NCBI GenBank assembly: GCA_041658125.1
Contig: JBBAAS010000001.1
Span: 15,917 to 79,916 of the forward strand
Direction of reading: 5' to 3'
DNA length: 64,000 nucleotides
Source of the DNA: Candidatus Shapirobacteria bacterium
Lineage (GTDB): Bacteria > Patescibacteriota > Microgenomatia > UBA12405
The translations under genes were made by a program, and so were the position numbers. Numbering within the stretch: position 1 is the stretch's first letter; every line of letters starts with the position of its first letter. Positions 1 through 9,188 of the stretch are shown here, one piece after another. The notes under the pieces are model-generated. The model was not told where the DNA came from. It saw only the letters and a list, made by a program, of their open reading frames with translations, and made no database searches.

Positions 1-1042
1 TTAGCATAAAGTTATTTTCAGAAAAGCGGGAAGCATTTTGAACGCAAGTGTCGGAGTCGAACTTGAAGTGATGGAATTTGTTGAGGGTTTTTATTAGAGA
101 GAACGTTGTCTGGTGGTTAAAAAAAAGGCCGGTTTTTTGATCGATAACCGTCTCGGTGATACCACCACGCCGGTAGGCAATAACCGGACGACCACAAGCC
201 TGAACTTCGAGGGGAGTGAGGCCAAAGTCCTCTTTTTGGGGACAGATAAGAGCTTGGCAATTTTGATAAAGAGCAATGAGAGTACTATCGGAAATCAGAC
301 CTAAAAATTGAATGTTTTTAAATTGAGAATATTTATTTTTTAAATACCTTTCTGTTCGACCGGTACCGACAATTTTTAAGATTAAATTGAGCTTAATACA
401 GGACTTAATAGCTATTTCTACTTTTTTATAAGGAACAAGGCGGGAAACCGTCAGAAAATATTTGTCAGATAGCCGATTACTAGAAGACGGTTTAAACCGG
501 TCGAGATTGATGCCGGGGTAAATAATTGTTGAAGGACGATGGTAATTTTTTTGAATGCGGGCTTGGGTAGTAAGGCAATTGGTAGTATAGAAATCCGGGC
601 GCTTCGAATAGATCCGGTCTATTTTTTGATATTTTTTGAGAATTGGTTTTAGAATTGACGGGGGTTTTTGGTAAAGATGACGGTTGGGGGTGTGAAGATG
701 ACAAATAAACATCGTGTTGGGAAGAGTTAAAAGACAATGGCCGACAGTGGAGGTGGTGGAAATAACAATATCATATTGAGAGAAATCGAATTGTTCTAAG
801 GCAAGGGGATATATTGGAGTATAGAAAACCGGATTAGACCGGTGAAAAGGTAATTTTTGAATGAACGAGGAAATGACGGTGGTTGTTGGGGGTAGCCAAT
901 TTGTTTTGGAAGGGTCATGGAAAAGAGTGAAGACAGGAGCCTTCGGATAAATTTTTAGAAGATTAAGAAGAACTTTTTCAGCTCCACCCCATTGATTCAA
1001 CCAGTCGTAAAAAATAGCGATTTTAGGTGAGGAGTTTTTCAT
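1..1042 (-). CDS. Glycosyltransferase family 4 (GT-B), partial. The C-terminus lies beyond the window start.
   Basis: Manual minus-strand translation from the ATG at 1040-1042 (frame 2 mod 3) reads MKNSSPKIAIFYDWLNQWGGAEKVLL ... VSRLVPYKKVEIAIKS ... EDFGLTPLEVQACGRPVIAYRRGGITETVIDQKTGLFF with no stop down to position 2. The E-x-F-G...E-A-x-A-x-G-x-P-V-I-A motif is classic GT4. It is absent from the ORF track because no in-window stop exists. Track ORFs 94..276, 113..304 and 492..737 are other-frame artefacts. Confidence 0.75.
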   Translation of the reverse strand, partial: MKNSSPKIAIFYDWLNQWGGAEKVLLNLLKIYPKAPVFTLFHDPSKTNWLPPTTTVISSFIQKLPFHRSNPVFYTPIYPLALEQFDFSQYDIVISTTSTVGHCLLTLPNTMFICHLHTPNRHLYQKPPSILKPILKKYQKIDRIYSKRPDFYTTNCLTTQARIQKNYHRPSTIIYPGINLDRFKPSSSNRLSDKYFLTVSRLVPYKKVEIAIKSCIKLNLILKIVGTGRTERYLKNKYSQFKNIQFLGLISDSTLIALYQNCQALICPQKEDFGLTPLEVQACGRPVIAYRRGGITETVIDQKTGLFFNHQTTFSLIKTLNKFHHFKFDSDTCVQNASRFSENNFML

Positions 1043-2147
1043 AAACAGCCATGGTTTTTTGGGCGGTTTTAGTCCAGGAATATTTGGCAACCTGAAGTTG
1101 GCCAAGCTTAATTAACTTTTGACGGAGAGTATCTGAAGCTTGGAGTTTTTTGATTTGGTCAACAAGAGCCATTGGTTTAAAAGGATCAAAATAAAGAACG
1201 GATTGACCGTAGACTTCCGGTAGGCAACTTGCATTACTGGAAATTACCGGACAATTTAGGGCCATAGCTTCAAGACCGGTAAGACTAAAGCCTTCCATCA
1301 AAGACGGGTGAACCAAGGCCAGAGCGTGAGAATAAACCTGACTAAATTCGGCGTCGGTTAGATAGCCTAAAAATTCGACTTGAGATTGTAGGTTGAGGGA
1401 TTTGATTTGCGACTGAAGTTTGTCGGTAAAGAAATTGCGGGCGGAGATAATTTTTAATTTGATATCGGGAAGAAATTTGAGGGCTTGAAGAAGGACAATA
1501 AGGTTTTTGTGAGGGTAGAGATTGCCGGTATAAACAAGATAATTTTCAATTTTTAATTTTCCACCAGAGACGGACTTCGCTTGGTGATGAAGAAACTTTG
1601 GATCGACGGCTTCTTGGGTAACGGTGATTTGAGTGGGTTTTAGATTGAAATCAGTAGCTAATTTTTTTTGCCAATAAACAGTTGGGACAATTAGCGGGTT
1701 AGTTTTGATAACATGGTCTGTTAACAATCGATAAAGCCAATATTTGGGCCAATATAAAAATGGATTTCTGGTAGTAGTCTTCGGGCCATGAAAATAATGC
1801 TTGATGAGATCGTGGATGGTAACTACCGATTTACCGGAATATAAAAAGGGCTTATTGAAATGGGTAAAATGAACTAAATCCGGATGGAGTTGATTGAGAA
1901 GTGAAGGAAACTTGATTTGTTCTAAAAGAGAATAATGGGGAATGTCGGTAAAAACGTATTGAAATTTATTGCCCAAGTCGGCTTGAATGTCGGATCGAAG
2001 ATCGTTATAGGTGACGACAGTGAATCGATATTTAGAAAATTGGGGAAGATCGGAGAGAGCGATTAAAAGATTTTTAGTATAACGGCCGATACCGGTGTGT
2101 TTGGGACCATAGAGACGAGCATCGATAACAATATTTTTTAGAGGCAT
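1023..2147 (-). CDS. Glycosyltransferase family 4 (GT-B)
   Basis: 374 aa. N-terminal IVIDARLYGPKHTGIGRYTKNL, C-terminal VHPSLMEGFSLTGLEAMALNCPVISSNASCLPEV. Overlaps neighbouring genes by a few bp. Confidence 0.85.
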   Translation of the reverse strand: MPLKNIVIDARLYGPKHTGIGRYTKNLLIALSDLPQFSKYRFTVVTYNDLRSDIQADLGNKFQYVFTDIPHYSLLEQIKFPSLLNQLHPDLVHFTHFNKPFLYSGKSVVTIHDLIKHYFHGPKTTTRNPFLYWPKYWLYRLLTDHVIKTNPLIVPTVYWQKKLATDFNLKPTQITVTQEAVDPKFLHHQAKSVSGGKLKIENYLVYTGNLYPHKNLIVLLQALKFLPDIKLKIISARNFFTDKLQSQIKSLNLQSQVEFLGYLTDAEFSQVYSHALALVHPSLMEGFSLTGLEAMALNCPVISSNASCLPEVYGQSVLYFDPFKPMALVDQIKKLQASDTLRQKLIKLGQLQVAKYSWTKTAQKTMAVYEKLLT

Positions 2148-3052
2148 TTAGCTTTAAAAATACGTAATAATTCTAACAGTTTTATCCCGGATAAAACTAT
2201 AAAGCGAACCGGAGGAGAATATTTATTCATTAAGTTTTCCTGATAAAAAATACGCATGGCTTCGGTTGAAGCCAAAGCAATACGGAGTCGGGTTTGAGGA
2301 GAAGCGGTAGAAATATTTTGAGTTTCTTTTATAATGCCTGAAGAAATTCCCTGATAATGGGTAACTTGAGTAAAAGGATAGAAATAAAAGGAATAACCCT
2401 TTTGACGAAGTTTGTAGCAAAGATCAAGATCCTCACCGTAGTAAAAATATTTTTCATTCCACCAGTTGATTGAATCCCCTACCGAGCGTTTGATCATCAG
2501 AAAGGCTCCGGAGCAAGCATTGATTTTTTGGATTTTGGAATAGTCTAAATATTCCATGAAATAAGCCCGGCTGGAGATGCCGGTGAAATGAAGCATGGCG
2601 GTCAGAGGAGTGGGAAAATCGCGGTGACATTCGGGCTGGAGCTTACCGGTAAGAGCAAACTTGAGATAACAAGTGGCGGCGTCGACTTTTGGATTTTCTT
2701 GAAAAAACGTCAGCATTTTGGAAAAGGTTTGGGGTTCGACGGTGGTGTCGGGATTGAGAAAGAGGACAAATTTAGACGATGGGGAAAGGATGGAAAGGGC
2801 ACGATTGTTGCCAGCAGCGAAACCCAGATTTGTATTTAGTATTAAGTATTTAGTGTTTAGTAGAGAAACTTTTTTGGCTAAAGAGATGCTTTGGTCGGAG
2901 GAGGCATTGTCAATGACGATAATTTCATACTTTTTAGAATCTAGATCTGAAAGTCTAATGCTTTGGAGACATTTTTGAAGATAGTCACCGGTATTAAAAT
3001 TGAGAATAACTACAGAGAGAACGGGGTTAATGCTTTTGGGTGATTTGATCAT
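2138..3052 (-). CDS. Glycosyltransferase family 2 (GT-A)
   Basis: 304 aa. LSVVILNFNTGDYLQKCLQSI ... EIIVIDNASSDQS (DxD/DNAS region). Confidence 0.85.
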   Translation of the reverse strand: MIKSPKSINPVLSVVILNFNTGDYLQKCLQSIRLSDLDSKKYEIIVIDNASSDQSISLAKKVSLLNTKYLILNTNLGFAAGNNRALSILSPSSKFVLFLNPDTTVEPQTFSKMLTFFQENPKVDAATCYLKFALTGKLQPECHRDFPTPLTAMLHFTGISSRAYFMEYLDYSKIQKINACSGAFLMIKRSVGDSINWWNEKYFYYGEDLDLCYKLRQKGYSFYFYPFTQVTHYQGISSGIIKETQNISTASPQTRLRIALASTEAMRIFYQENLMNKYSPPVRFIVLSGIKLLELLRIFKAKCL

Positions 3053-4253
3053 ATATTTGGTTTAGGCCGTCGACACATTTATCAAAAGAATACTTATCTT
3101 TCATCAGTTTTTTGGCATTTTGACCGATAGACTCCCGGTATTTTTTATCATTGATGACTTTGAAGACGTGGCTAAGAATGTCTTTTGAAGGACAAACAAT
3201 GGCGTGTTTTTCATTTTCGATTTCGATATTGCCCATGCCACCTTCGGGATTGGTAATTACCGGTAGGCCAAAAGTCATACCTTCCAAAAATTTGTTGCGG
3301 GTGCCACCACCACTGCCCATGGGGGCCAAAAGTAACCAGCAGTATTCGTAGAAATACTGTGGATCGTGTGATCCGCCTTCGGCATCAGCCTCGGTGACAA
3401 TGATATCTTTTGAGGAATATTTGCCATAGAGATCCGGAGCATGGCGGCCGACAATGTAAAGACGGGCTTTGGGATAGGTTTTTTTAATAGATGGCCAAAA
3501 ATTTTTCAGAACCAGATCGGCCGATTCCTGATTTTGCATCCATTTCATATTGGAGACACCAAAAAGAATGGTGGGATCAGGTGATTTTTCGGTTTTTAGC
3601 GGAAGCTTAAAATATTCCGGATCAACTCCATCCTGAAAAACGTGAATATCAGGCCGGCCGGTAATTTTGGAAACATATCTTTGGTCTTCAGAGCTAAACA
3701 TGAAAACAGTATGGGTGTTTTTCCAATAATGAGTTTCCCAGTACTTTAGCTTGAGGACATCGATCCAAAGAAGAGGTTTAAGGAGGCGGGACCAGCCGAA
3801 AAGTGACTGAACGAAATGTTGATAAATGGCGTATTCGATGGTGACATCAACCATGACAATGGGAATTTTGGTTTTTGGAATACTCGGCATGGGATAAATA
3901 CAGTCACAGTGGATAAGGTCAAAATGGTGATGTCGGAGTTCATAGCGAATAGCTTTTTTAAGGTCGTCACTGATGTATTTAACTAACAAAAACGGATAGG
4001 GACTAAGCCCGGTGGAAAGAATTTTTCGGGGATCCCAGGTTTTTCCCCGATGAACAACGACAACCTTTTGGCAATATTGGCTAACTTCGGGTAAGCCTTC
4101 TTCGTCAGGAGAAATGCAGATAAGATGGATATCGTTTTTGGGTGAGAGGTATTTAATAGAGTAAAAAGAATGTCTTTGACCGCCGGATTGGGAAAGTCGG
4201 GGGATGTAAGGCGTAATCATTAGAATTTTTCGTTTAGTTTTGATTGGGTTCAT
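3027..4253 (-). CDS. Glycosyltransferase family 4 (GT-B)
   Basis: 408 aa. ILMITPYIPRLSQSGGQRHSF N-terminus and a GT-B C-terminal half (LLLAPMGSGGGTRNKFLEGMTFGLPVITNPEG). Confidence 0.8.
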   Translation of the reverse strand: MNPIKTKRKILMITPYIPRLSQSGGQRHSFYSIKYLSPKNDIHLICISPDEEGLPEVSQYCQKVVVVHRGKTWDPRKILSTGLSPYPFLLVKYISDDLKKAIRYELRHHHFDLIHCDCIYPMPSIPKTKIPIVMVDVTIEYAIYQHFVQSLFGWSRLLKPLLWIDVLKLKYWETHYWKNTHTVFMFSSEDQRYVSKITGRPDIHVFQDGVDPEYFKLPLKTEKSPDPTILFGVSNMKWMQNQESADLVLKNFWPSIKKTYPKARLYIVGRHAPDLYGKYSSKDIIVTEADAEGGSHDPQYFYEYCWLLLAPMGSGGGTRNKFLEGMTFGLPVITNPEGGMGNIEIENEKHAIVCPSKDILSHVFKVINDKKYRESIGQNAKKLMKDKYSFDKCVDGLNQIYDQITQKH

Positions 4254-5661
4254 GGAGATAAAGTATTATAAATTTATCGGAACGAAAGATGGTAGGATAT
4301 TTTGAGATTAACTCGTTGGTATAACCATTGTAAGTGGTAGAGACATAATAAATGGGATAATTTTTGTAGAGAGAAAAGAATTTGGGAAAATCATATATTT
4401 CGATCGGGAAACCGGAACGGTTAGTCTGATAAAGAAAGGCGGTATCGCCATTGTAGGGAGCAACCACAAGAGAGTTTTTGGGAATTAACTGGTCAACCAT
4501 TTTTCCGGCTTCCATAATAACCGGGTTATTGATTTTGTAATATTCCTGAACTTGGAACCAAGAGTAAAAAAGAGCGGCGGCAAAGACAGAAAAAGTAACC
4601 AAAAGAGCGATTAGTTTTTGATCGAAAACAAACTGATAGAGGTAATAAAGGCCAAAACCGATAATTAAAGATAAAAGAGGGGTAATTAAAAATTGATAAT
4701 AGTCATGTTGAATGTTGCCACGGGCAATGATGGAAAAATAAAGAAGAATGCCGGCAGAGGCTAATAGACAAAAAAGTTGGGAGTGATTTTTTTTGTAGGC
4801 AAAGCCAAGAAGTAAGGGAATAACGCCATAAATTCCAAGAATTAATTTGCCGATCCGTTCGAAAAATAACCAACGAAACCAGGCCGGACGAAAACGAAGG
4901 CCACCTTCGTTAAACAGCCAATTGCTGGCGGGGATGCCTTCGGGAAATTGACTAATCCATTGGCGCCAGAGGTAAAAGGGTAAAAGCGAAATCAGGGCGA
5001 AAAAAAAGAGGGAGAGGAGAGTTTTGGGCTTAAAAAGGTTAAGCCGAAGAGAGTAGAAAAAAAGTAAAGGGAAAATAATTATGCCGGTAAAAGGCTTAGT
5101 AAGAATGGCGAGGGCTAAAGAAATGCCGGATAGTAGCCGGGATTTGGGAAAAAGGTACAGAGTAAGCATCATAAAAAGAACAGCGGTGGGTTCGGGAAGA
5201 ATGGTTCGGGAATAATAGATTGAAAATGGCAGGAAAAGAAAAGTAGTGGTGGCTAAAAATGAGGGCCAAAAGTTTTTGGTGATTTGAAGTCCGATAAGAA
5301 AAATAAGAAAGCCAGTGATAAGAGAGAAAAAGATGGAAATTAGACGGGAAGCAACTTCGACGGTTAATGAGGGGAATAAAGGAGAAACGGCTTTATAGAA
5401 AACAACAGAAACGGCATTGTAAATGGGAAATTCGACGAAACGATAACCGTGGGGATTGTCCTTGCCTGATTGAAGATTACTTAGGTCGTGGTAGGTGGGA
5501 CGGAGAAGATCAAAGCTTCTTAGAAAATTTCTGGTGACCGAAGCAGTGTCGGCTTGACGAAAGGAATGCCAATCAGCGATAGGGTTGTTGATTTTATAAA
5601 GCCGGACAGTAAGACCAGTGGCAAAAACAAGAATTAAGAGTATTTTTTTGATGACGGTCAT
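4234..5661 (-). CDS. GT-C fold membrane glycosyltransferase, PMT_2/ArnT-like (GT39/GT83-like)
   Basis: 475 aa, >10 predicted TM helices. First loop motif ADWHSFRQADTASVTRNF is typical of ArnT/PMT-like GT-C proteins. C-terminal soluble domain present. Confidence 0.65.
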   Translation of the reverse strand: MTVIKKILLILVFATGLTVRLYKINNPIADWHSFRQADTASVTRNFLRSFDLLRPTYHDLSNLQSGKDNPHGYRFVEFPIYNAVSVVFYKAVSPLFPSLTVEVASRLISIFFSLITGFLIFLIGLQITKNFWPSFLATTTFLFLPFSIYYSRTILPEPTAVLFMMLTLYLFPKSRLLSGISLALAILTKPFTGIIIFPLLFFYSLRLNLFKPKTLLSLFFFALISLLPFYLWRQWISQFPEGIPASNWLFNEGGLRFRPAWFRWLFFERIGKLILGIYGVIPLLLGFAYKKNHSQLFCLLASAGILLYFSIIARGNIQHDYYQFLITPLLSLIIGFGLYYLYQFVFDQKLIALLVTFSVFAAALFYSWFQVQEYYKINNPVIMEAGKMVDQLIPKNSLVVAPYNGDTAFLYQTNRSGFPIEIYDFPKFFSLYKNYPIYYVSTTYNGYTNELISKYPTIFRSDKFIILYLHEPNQN

Positions 5662-7082
5662 TTTCGTTTTTGGTTGAGAGCAATGGTTTGATAGTAAATG
5701 CCCATCATAATCCAGAAAAGATAAGCAGTTTTTGAAGCTTCAAAAACGTCAATAAAGACGGCATTGGTTAAAGTAACTAAGAGTCCGCCAAAGAGGGTTA
5801 TCTGGATAATATCCAGAAACCCCAGTTTTTTCCGGAAAACTAAGGGGATGGTTTTTCGGATAAAGTAGAAAATGATAGAAAAGAAAGTAATAAAGCCAAG
5901 AAGACCACTTTCGCCTAAGGTACGGAGATAGTCGTTATCGGTAGCCAAAGTGATTGAACCAAGACCGGAGCCAATGAGGGGGTTTCTTTTGAAAGCAGTA
6001 ACAGCTCGGGGCCATTCAGCATTGAAGCGGATTTCACCAGATCGGGCGACTCCGACGTCAGCGTCAACGGGAGGAAATTCTTCGATGGTTTTGTAGACCA
6101 TGACGGTGGGGACGAAAGTTGCTCCCGGTTTGGGTTTAATAGGTGAGCCGGTGATGACGGCAATTGGCGGAAGAGTAGAAATGGGAGTAATGGTAGGGAT
6201 AACAGTTGGCTTAGCCGGAAACTTGAGAAAAGCCAGACTCTTTTGAAGACCGGGAACGGTGGCCAGAAGCCGTTGATTGAGATCCTTTGACATAAAAAGA
6301 GAGACAATCATGACTATGGAAACCGGAAGAATCCAAAGATATTTCTTAACTAAGAAAAGAGTAAGAACCATGCCGCCCCAGAAAGCGAAAGTAGAAATTC
6401 GCGAGGCGGTGAGGGTTAAAATGTAAAAGGCTAATAACCAAAAGAGAAGGTTGATGGTTTTGAGAAAAAAGTTTTTTTGAATAATGGCGACAACGCCAAT
6501 GATAATCAAGACAGCGCTTAAAAAAGCAGCCAAATCGTAATGGCCGGCGAAGCTGGAACTGATGCGGGTCCAGTCACTCATTATTAAAAGTTGGCCCTTA
6601 GCAAATTCGGAATTCATGGTGGAAACTATCGGCCAGCCTAAAAATTTTTGGCCAAGACCATAGAGGGAAACTAGAATGGTGGCGATGATGGCGGTGATGT
6701 AAGTAATTTTTAAATCAGCAAGATTTTTAATGGTATCAGCGGCAATAAAAAATAGTGACATATATTCAAATCGGCGCAAAAGATTAAGAAGAAGGAATTT
6801 TGGAGCAGTGGTTTGGTAGATTAGGATGGCAACTAAGGTACTGGCAGAAATAGCGAAAAAATAGGCTAAAAACAATTTAGTAATTTTATGTTTAAAAATC
6901 GGAAAACCGTGAGTTAACTGATAAATGCCGTAAACGATGATGGAAAATAAAACCAGATAATCATCAACCCTGACGGAAACAAAAGTTCCGGCTACCGATG
7001 ATAAAGGAAATTTGGGATAGAGAGGAATGCCGATGATGAGAGCTAAAAGGATTGGCCTTAAAATTTTGAAATTTTTGAACAT
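5658..7082 (-). CDS. O-antigen ligase/polymerase-like (Wzy_C family) membrane protein with a Pro/Thr-rich insertion
   Basis: 474 aa polytopic. LTLTASRISTFAFWGGM and RSGEIRFNAEWPRAVTAFKRNPLIGSGLGS resemble the Wzy_C signature. A low-complexity PTVIPTITPISTLPPIAVITGSPIKPKPGATFVPT segment falls in the large periplasmic loop. Confidence 0.6.
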   Translation of the reverse strand: MFKNFKILRPILLALIIGIPLYPKFPLSSVAGTFVSVRVDDYLVLFSIIVYGIYQLTHGFPIFKHKITKLFLAYFFAISASTLVAILIYQTTAPKFLLLNLLRRFEYMSLFFIAADTIKNLADLKITYITAIIATILVSLYGLGQKFLGWPIVSTMNSEFAKGQLLIMSDWTRISSSFAGHYDLAAFLSAVLIIIGVVAIIQKNFFLKTINLLFWLLAFYILTLTASRISTFAFWGGMVLTLFLVKKYLWILPVSIVMIVSLFMSKDLNQRLLATVPGLQKSLAFLKFPAKPTVIPTITPISTLPPIAVITGSPIKPKPGATFVPTVMVYKTIEEFPPVDADVGVARSGEIRFNAEWPRAVTAFKRNPLIGSGLGSITLATDNDYLRTLGESGLLGFITFFSIIFYFIRKTIPLVFRKKLGFLDIIQITLFGGLLVTLTNAVFIDVFEASKTAYLFWIMMGIYYQTIALNQKRK

Positions 7083-8041
7083 GCTTCTTGGTAGAAACCG
7101 GAAAATTTTGAGTTTCCAGTTAATTTATAAAACAAAAGTCGGAGATAAGCGTTGAGATATAAGAGTTTTTGAATGAGCTTAAGATGGTGGGGGTGATGCT
7201 TTTGGGTGAAATGAAGCACGCCGAGATATTCGTTGACCAAGGGATCAGCTTGGGAAACGGCTGAAGCCCGACCAAGGTGAATTATTTGGGGGCCGATAAG
7301 GTACCAATGCTCTAGTTCCGGATACTTTTGCTTAATGCGATAACAAAGTTCATATTCTTCACCATACATAAAATAGTTTTCGTCAAAGCCGTTAACGGAG
7401 TCAAGAATCGGACGGCGGATAAGAAGATAAGCACCGGTAAGCCAGTCTTGGCGATGGTCTTTGAGATAGAAATTACTGTGGGTGTAAAAATCGGGGGTGT
7501 GGGGATGGAAGGGCTTGACCAAGTAATTGAAAAAAGGCAGATCATCAAGACCAATAGACCAAGTAAAAACATTGGACAAATTGGGGAAAAATCCACCGGA
7601 GGCCTGAACCAAACGGTTGGGATTTAAAAGTTGAGCGGTACACATAGAGGCTTTGGGATTGGAGGCAAGCCAAGTGAGGGTTTGACTGATGGCCGAATGA
7701 AGGATTATGGTGTCGGAGTTTAAAAGTAAAACGTAATTACCACAGGCAACTTTAATGCCCTGATTGTTGGCTTTAGAAAAACCGACATTTTTATTGTTTT
7801 GAATAATTTTGTAATTGTTTTTAGAGATTTTTTTCTGTTGGAAAAAATGATTGATATCGGCTACCGAAGTATCGGAGGAAGCGTTGTCGATAATGATTAT
7901 TTCGGTAGATACTTTTGAAGAGCTATCGCCGGTGTCGGAAAAATGAAGGCCTTTATCTAAAAGAATTGAATGCAGGCAATCAAGAATAACCTTGGAAGTG
8001 TTAAAAGAAAGAGTGATAATGGATAAGGTAGGGTTAGTCAT
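7058..8041 (-). CDS. Glycosyltransferase family 2 (GT-A)
   Basis: 327 aa. LSIITLSFNTSKVILDCLHSI ... IIIIDNASSDTS. Confidence 0.85.
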   Translation of the reverse strand: MTNPTLSIITLSFNTSKVILDCLHSILLDKGLHFSDTGDSSSKVSTEIIIIDNASSDTSVADINHFFQQKKISKNNYKIIQNNKNVGFSKANNQGIKVACGNYVLLLNSDTIILHSAISQTLTWLASNPKASMCTAQLLNPNRLVQASGGFFPNLSNVFTWSIGLDDLPFFNYLVKPFHPHTPDFYTHSNFYLKDHRQDWLTGAYLLIRRPILDSVNGFDENYFMYGEEYELCYRIKQKYPELEHWYLIGPQIIHLGRASAVSQADPLVNEYLGVLHFTQKHHPHHLKLIQKLLYLNAYLRLLFYKLTGNSKFSGFYQEACSKISKF

Positions 8042-8573
8042 GGCGACGGAAAAAAGTTAAAAGAGTTTTTAGGGCAAAGATAACAGTAATTTCTGTCAGA
8101 AAAAAGGAGAGTAAGCGATTGGGGATGGTGGTGGGAAAGCGACGGATGGTGACTTTGGTTTGATAATCCTGGTTGTGGTAAATAATTTTATTGGCAATTC
8201 TTTTTTCCGGTTTGGTAAAAACGTCTTTTTCCCAATCAAAACCATTAATGTAAAGGGCTTCTTTGAATGGCAAGTTCAGCTCTTCAAAATAGTAACTGGG
8301 AATAGTATCGATGATAATTTCCCGGGCTTTTTCCGGCGGGTGGTTGAGGCGGATTCTAAATGGACTTTGGTAGTATTTAAGGTAAAAATTCATCACTTCG
8401 GATCGGGATAAGTTTGTAAAATAGCCCGAGACGTTTTTAATTTGAACCGTATCGCCGGGAAGATCGGATTTGGTACTGTTGATTAGGTCGGGAACAATGG
8501 GAGTGGGCCAGAGTAGGTAGACCAGGGCGAGGAGGTTAAAAACAACCAAAAAAATTTTTAGTGGTTTAGGCAT
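8034..8573 (-). CDS. Hypothetical membrane-anchored protein
   Basis: 179 aa. N-terminal TM helix (IFLVVFNLLALVYLLW) and a C-terminal hydrophobic segment. No recognisable family. Confidence 0.4.
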   Translation of the reverse strand: MPKPLKIFLVVFNLLALVYLLWPTPIVPDLINSTKSDLPGDTVQIKNVSGYFTNLSRSEVMNFYLKYYQSPFRIRLNHPPEKAREIIIDTIPSYYFEELNLPFKEALYINGFDWEKDVFTKPEKRIANKIIYHNQDYQTKVTIRRFPTTIPNRLLSFFLTEITVIFALKTLLTFFRRHD

Positions 8574-8582
8574 GAGAGCAAA

Positions 8583-9176
8583 TTATTGAAATAACATAGG
8601 TCGGCCAAGGACATAAGCAGGATTTTTGAGTTGTCGGTCAGAGATTTTTTTAGCGGGAACGCCTCCCCAAACTTCAAAATCGGGGATATCTTTGGTAACC
8701 ACAGCGCCGGCGGCGACGACCGCTCCCCTACCGATAGTGACTCCGGGAAGAATAATGGCTCGGGGGCCGATAAAAACATAGTCTTTGATAATTACCGGAC
8801 CAAAGGAATTGCCAAAATCAGGAGAATTAATATTGTGCTCATCGTTGTAAATCAAAACTTGGCTGGCGATATTGACATGGCTGCCAATTTCCAAGGGAGA
8901 GCGGCCGTCCAAAAAACAATGGTCACCGATAATGGAATCATGGCCGATTGTTAAGTTTTTTGGATTAAAAAAATTAGCCCACATATGAATAGTAGAGTTA
9001 AAAGGTATTTTAATGCCCGAGATAAGGTAAAAAATCTTTCTGATGGTATGGATGGGAATATAGCCTACCCAACGTAGGATCATTAGCCAAAGTTCTAAAA
9101 AGATAGTGTCAATACGGTTAGAAACTTTGTAAAGAATATTATCTGAAGTTAATGTTTGACCGTTTTTATCCTTCAT
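8583..9176 (-). CDS. Hexapeptide-repeat (LbH) sugar O-acetyltransferase, WcaF/NodL-like
   Basis: 197 aa. Tandem hexapeptide repeats [15 protein letters not shown] ... [41 protein letters not shown]. Confidence 0.75.
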   Translation of the reverse strand: MKDKNGQTLTSDNILYKVSNRIDTIFLELWLMILRWVGYIPIHTIRKIFYLISGIKIPFNSTIHMWANFFNPKNLTIGHDSIIGDHCFLDGRSPLEIGSHVNIASQVLIYNDEHNINSPDFGNSFGPVIIKDYVFIGPRAIILPGVTIGRGAVVAAGAVVTKDIPDFEVWGGVPAKKISDRQLKNPAYVLGRPMLFQ

Positions 9177-9188
9177 ATAAAGATTATA

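Noticed and set aside
117-124. A8 homopolymer as a slipped-strand phase-variation site
   Set aside because: It lies inside the GT4 coding region and the frame is intact. It is a single short run in an AT-rich genome, so there is no support for a phase-variation switch.
94-737. Track ORFs 94..276(-), 113..304(+) and 492..737(-) as separate small genes
   Set aside because: They lie in alternative frames or on the opposite strand of the real GT4 gene at 1..1042 (minus strand, frame 2 mod 3). Their translations are low-complexity with no family features.
5915-6307. 130-aa ORF inside the O-antigen-ligase-like gene, same strand
   Set aside because: It is an alternative frame of the same minus-strand gene across the Pro/Thr-rich region and gives a Ser/Pro/Leu-rich translation. 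It is most likely not coding.
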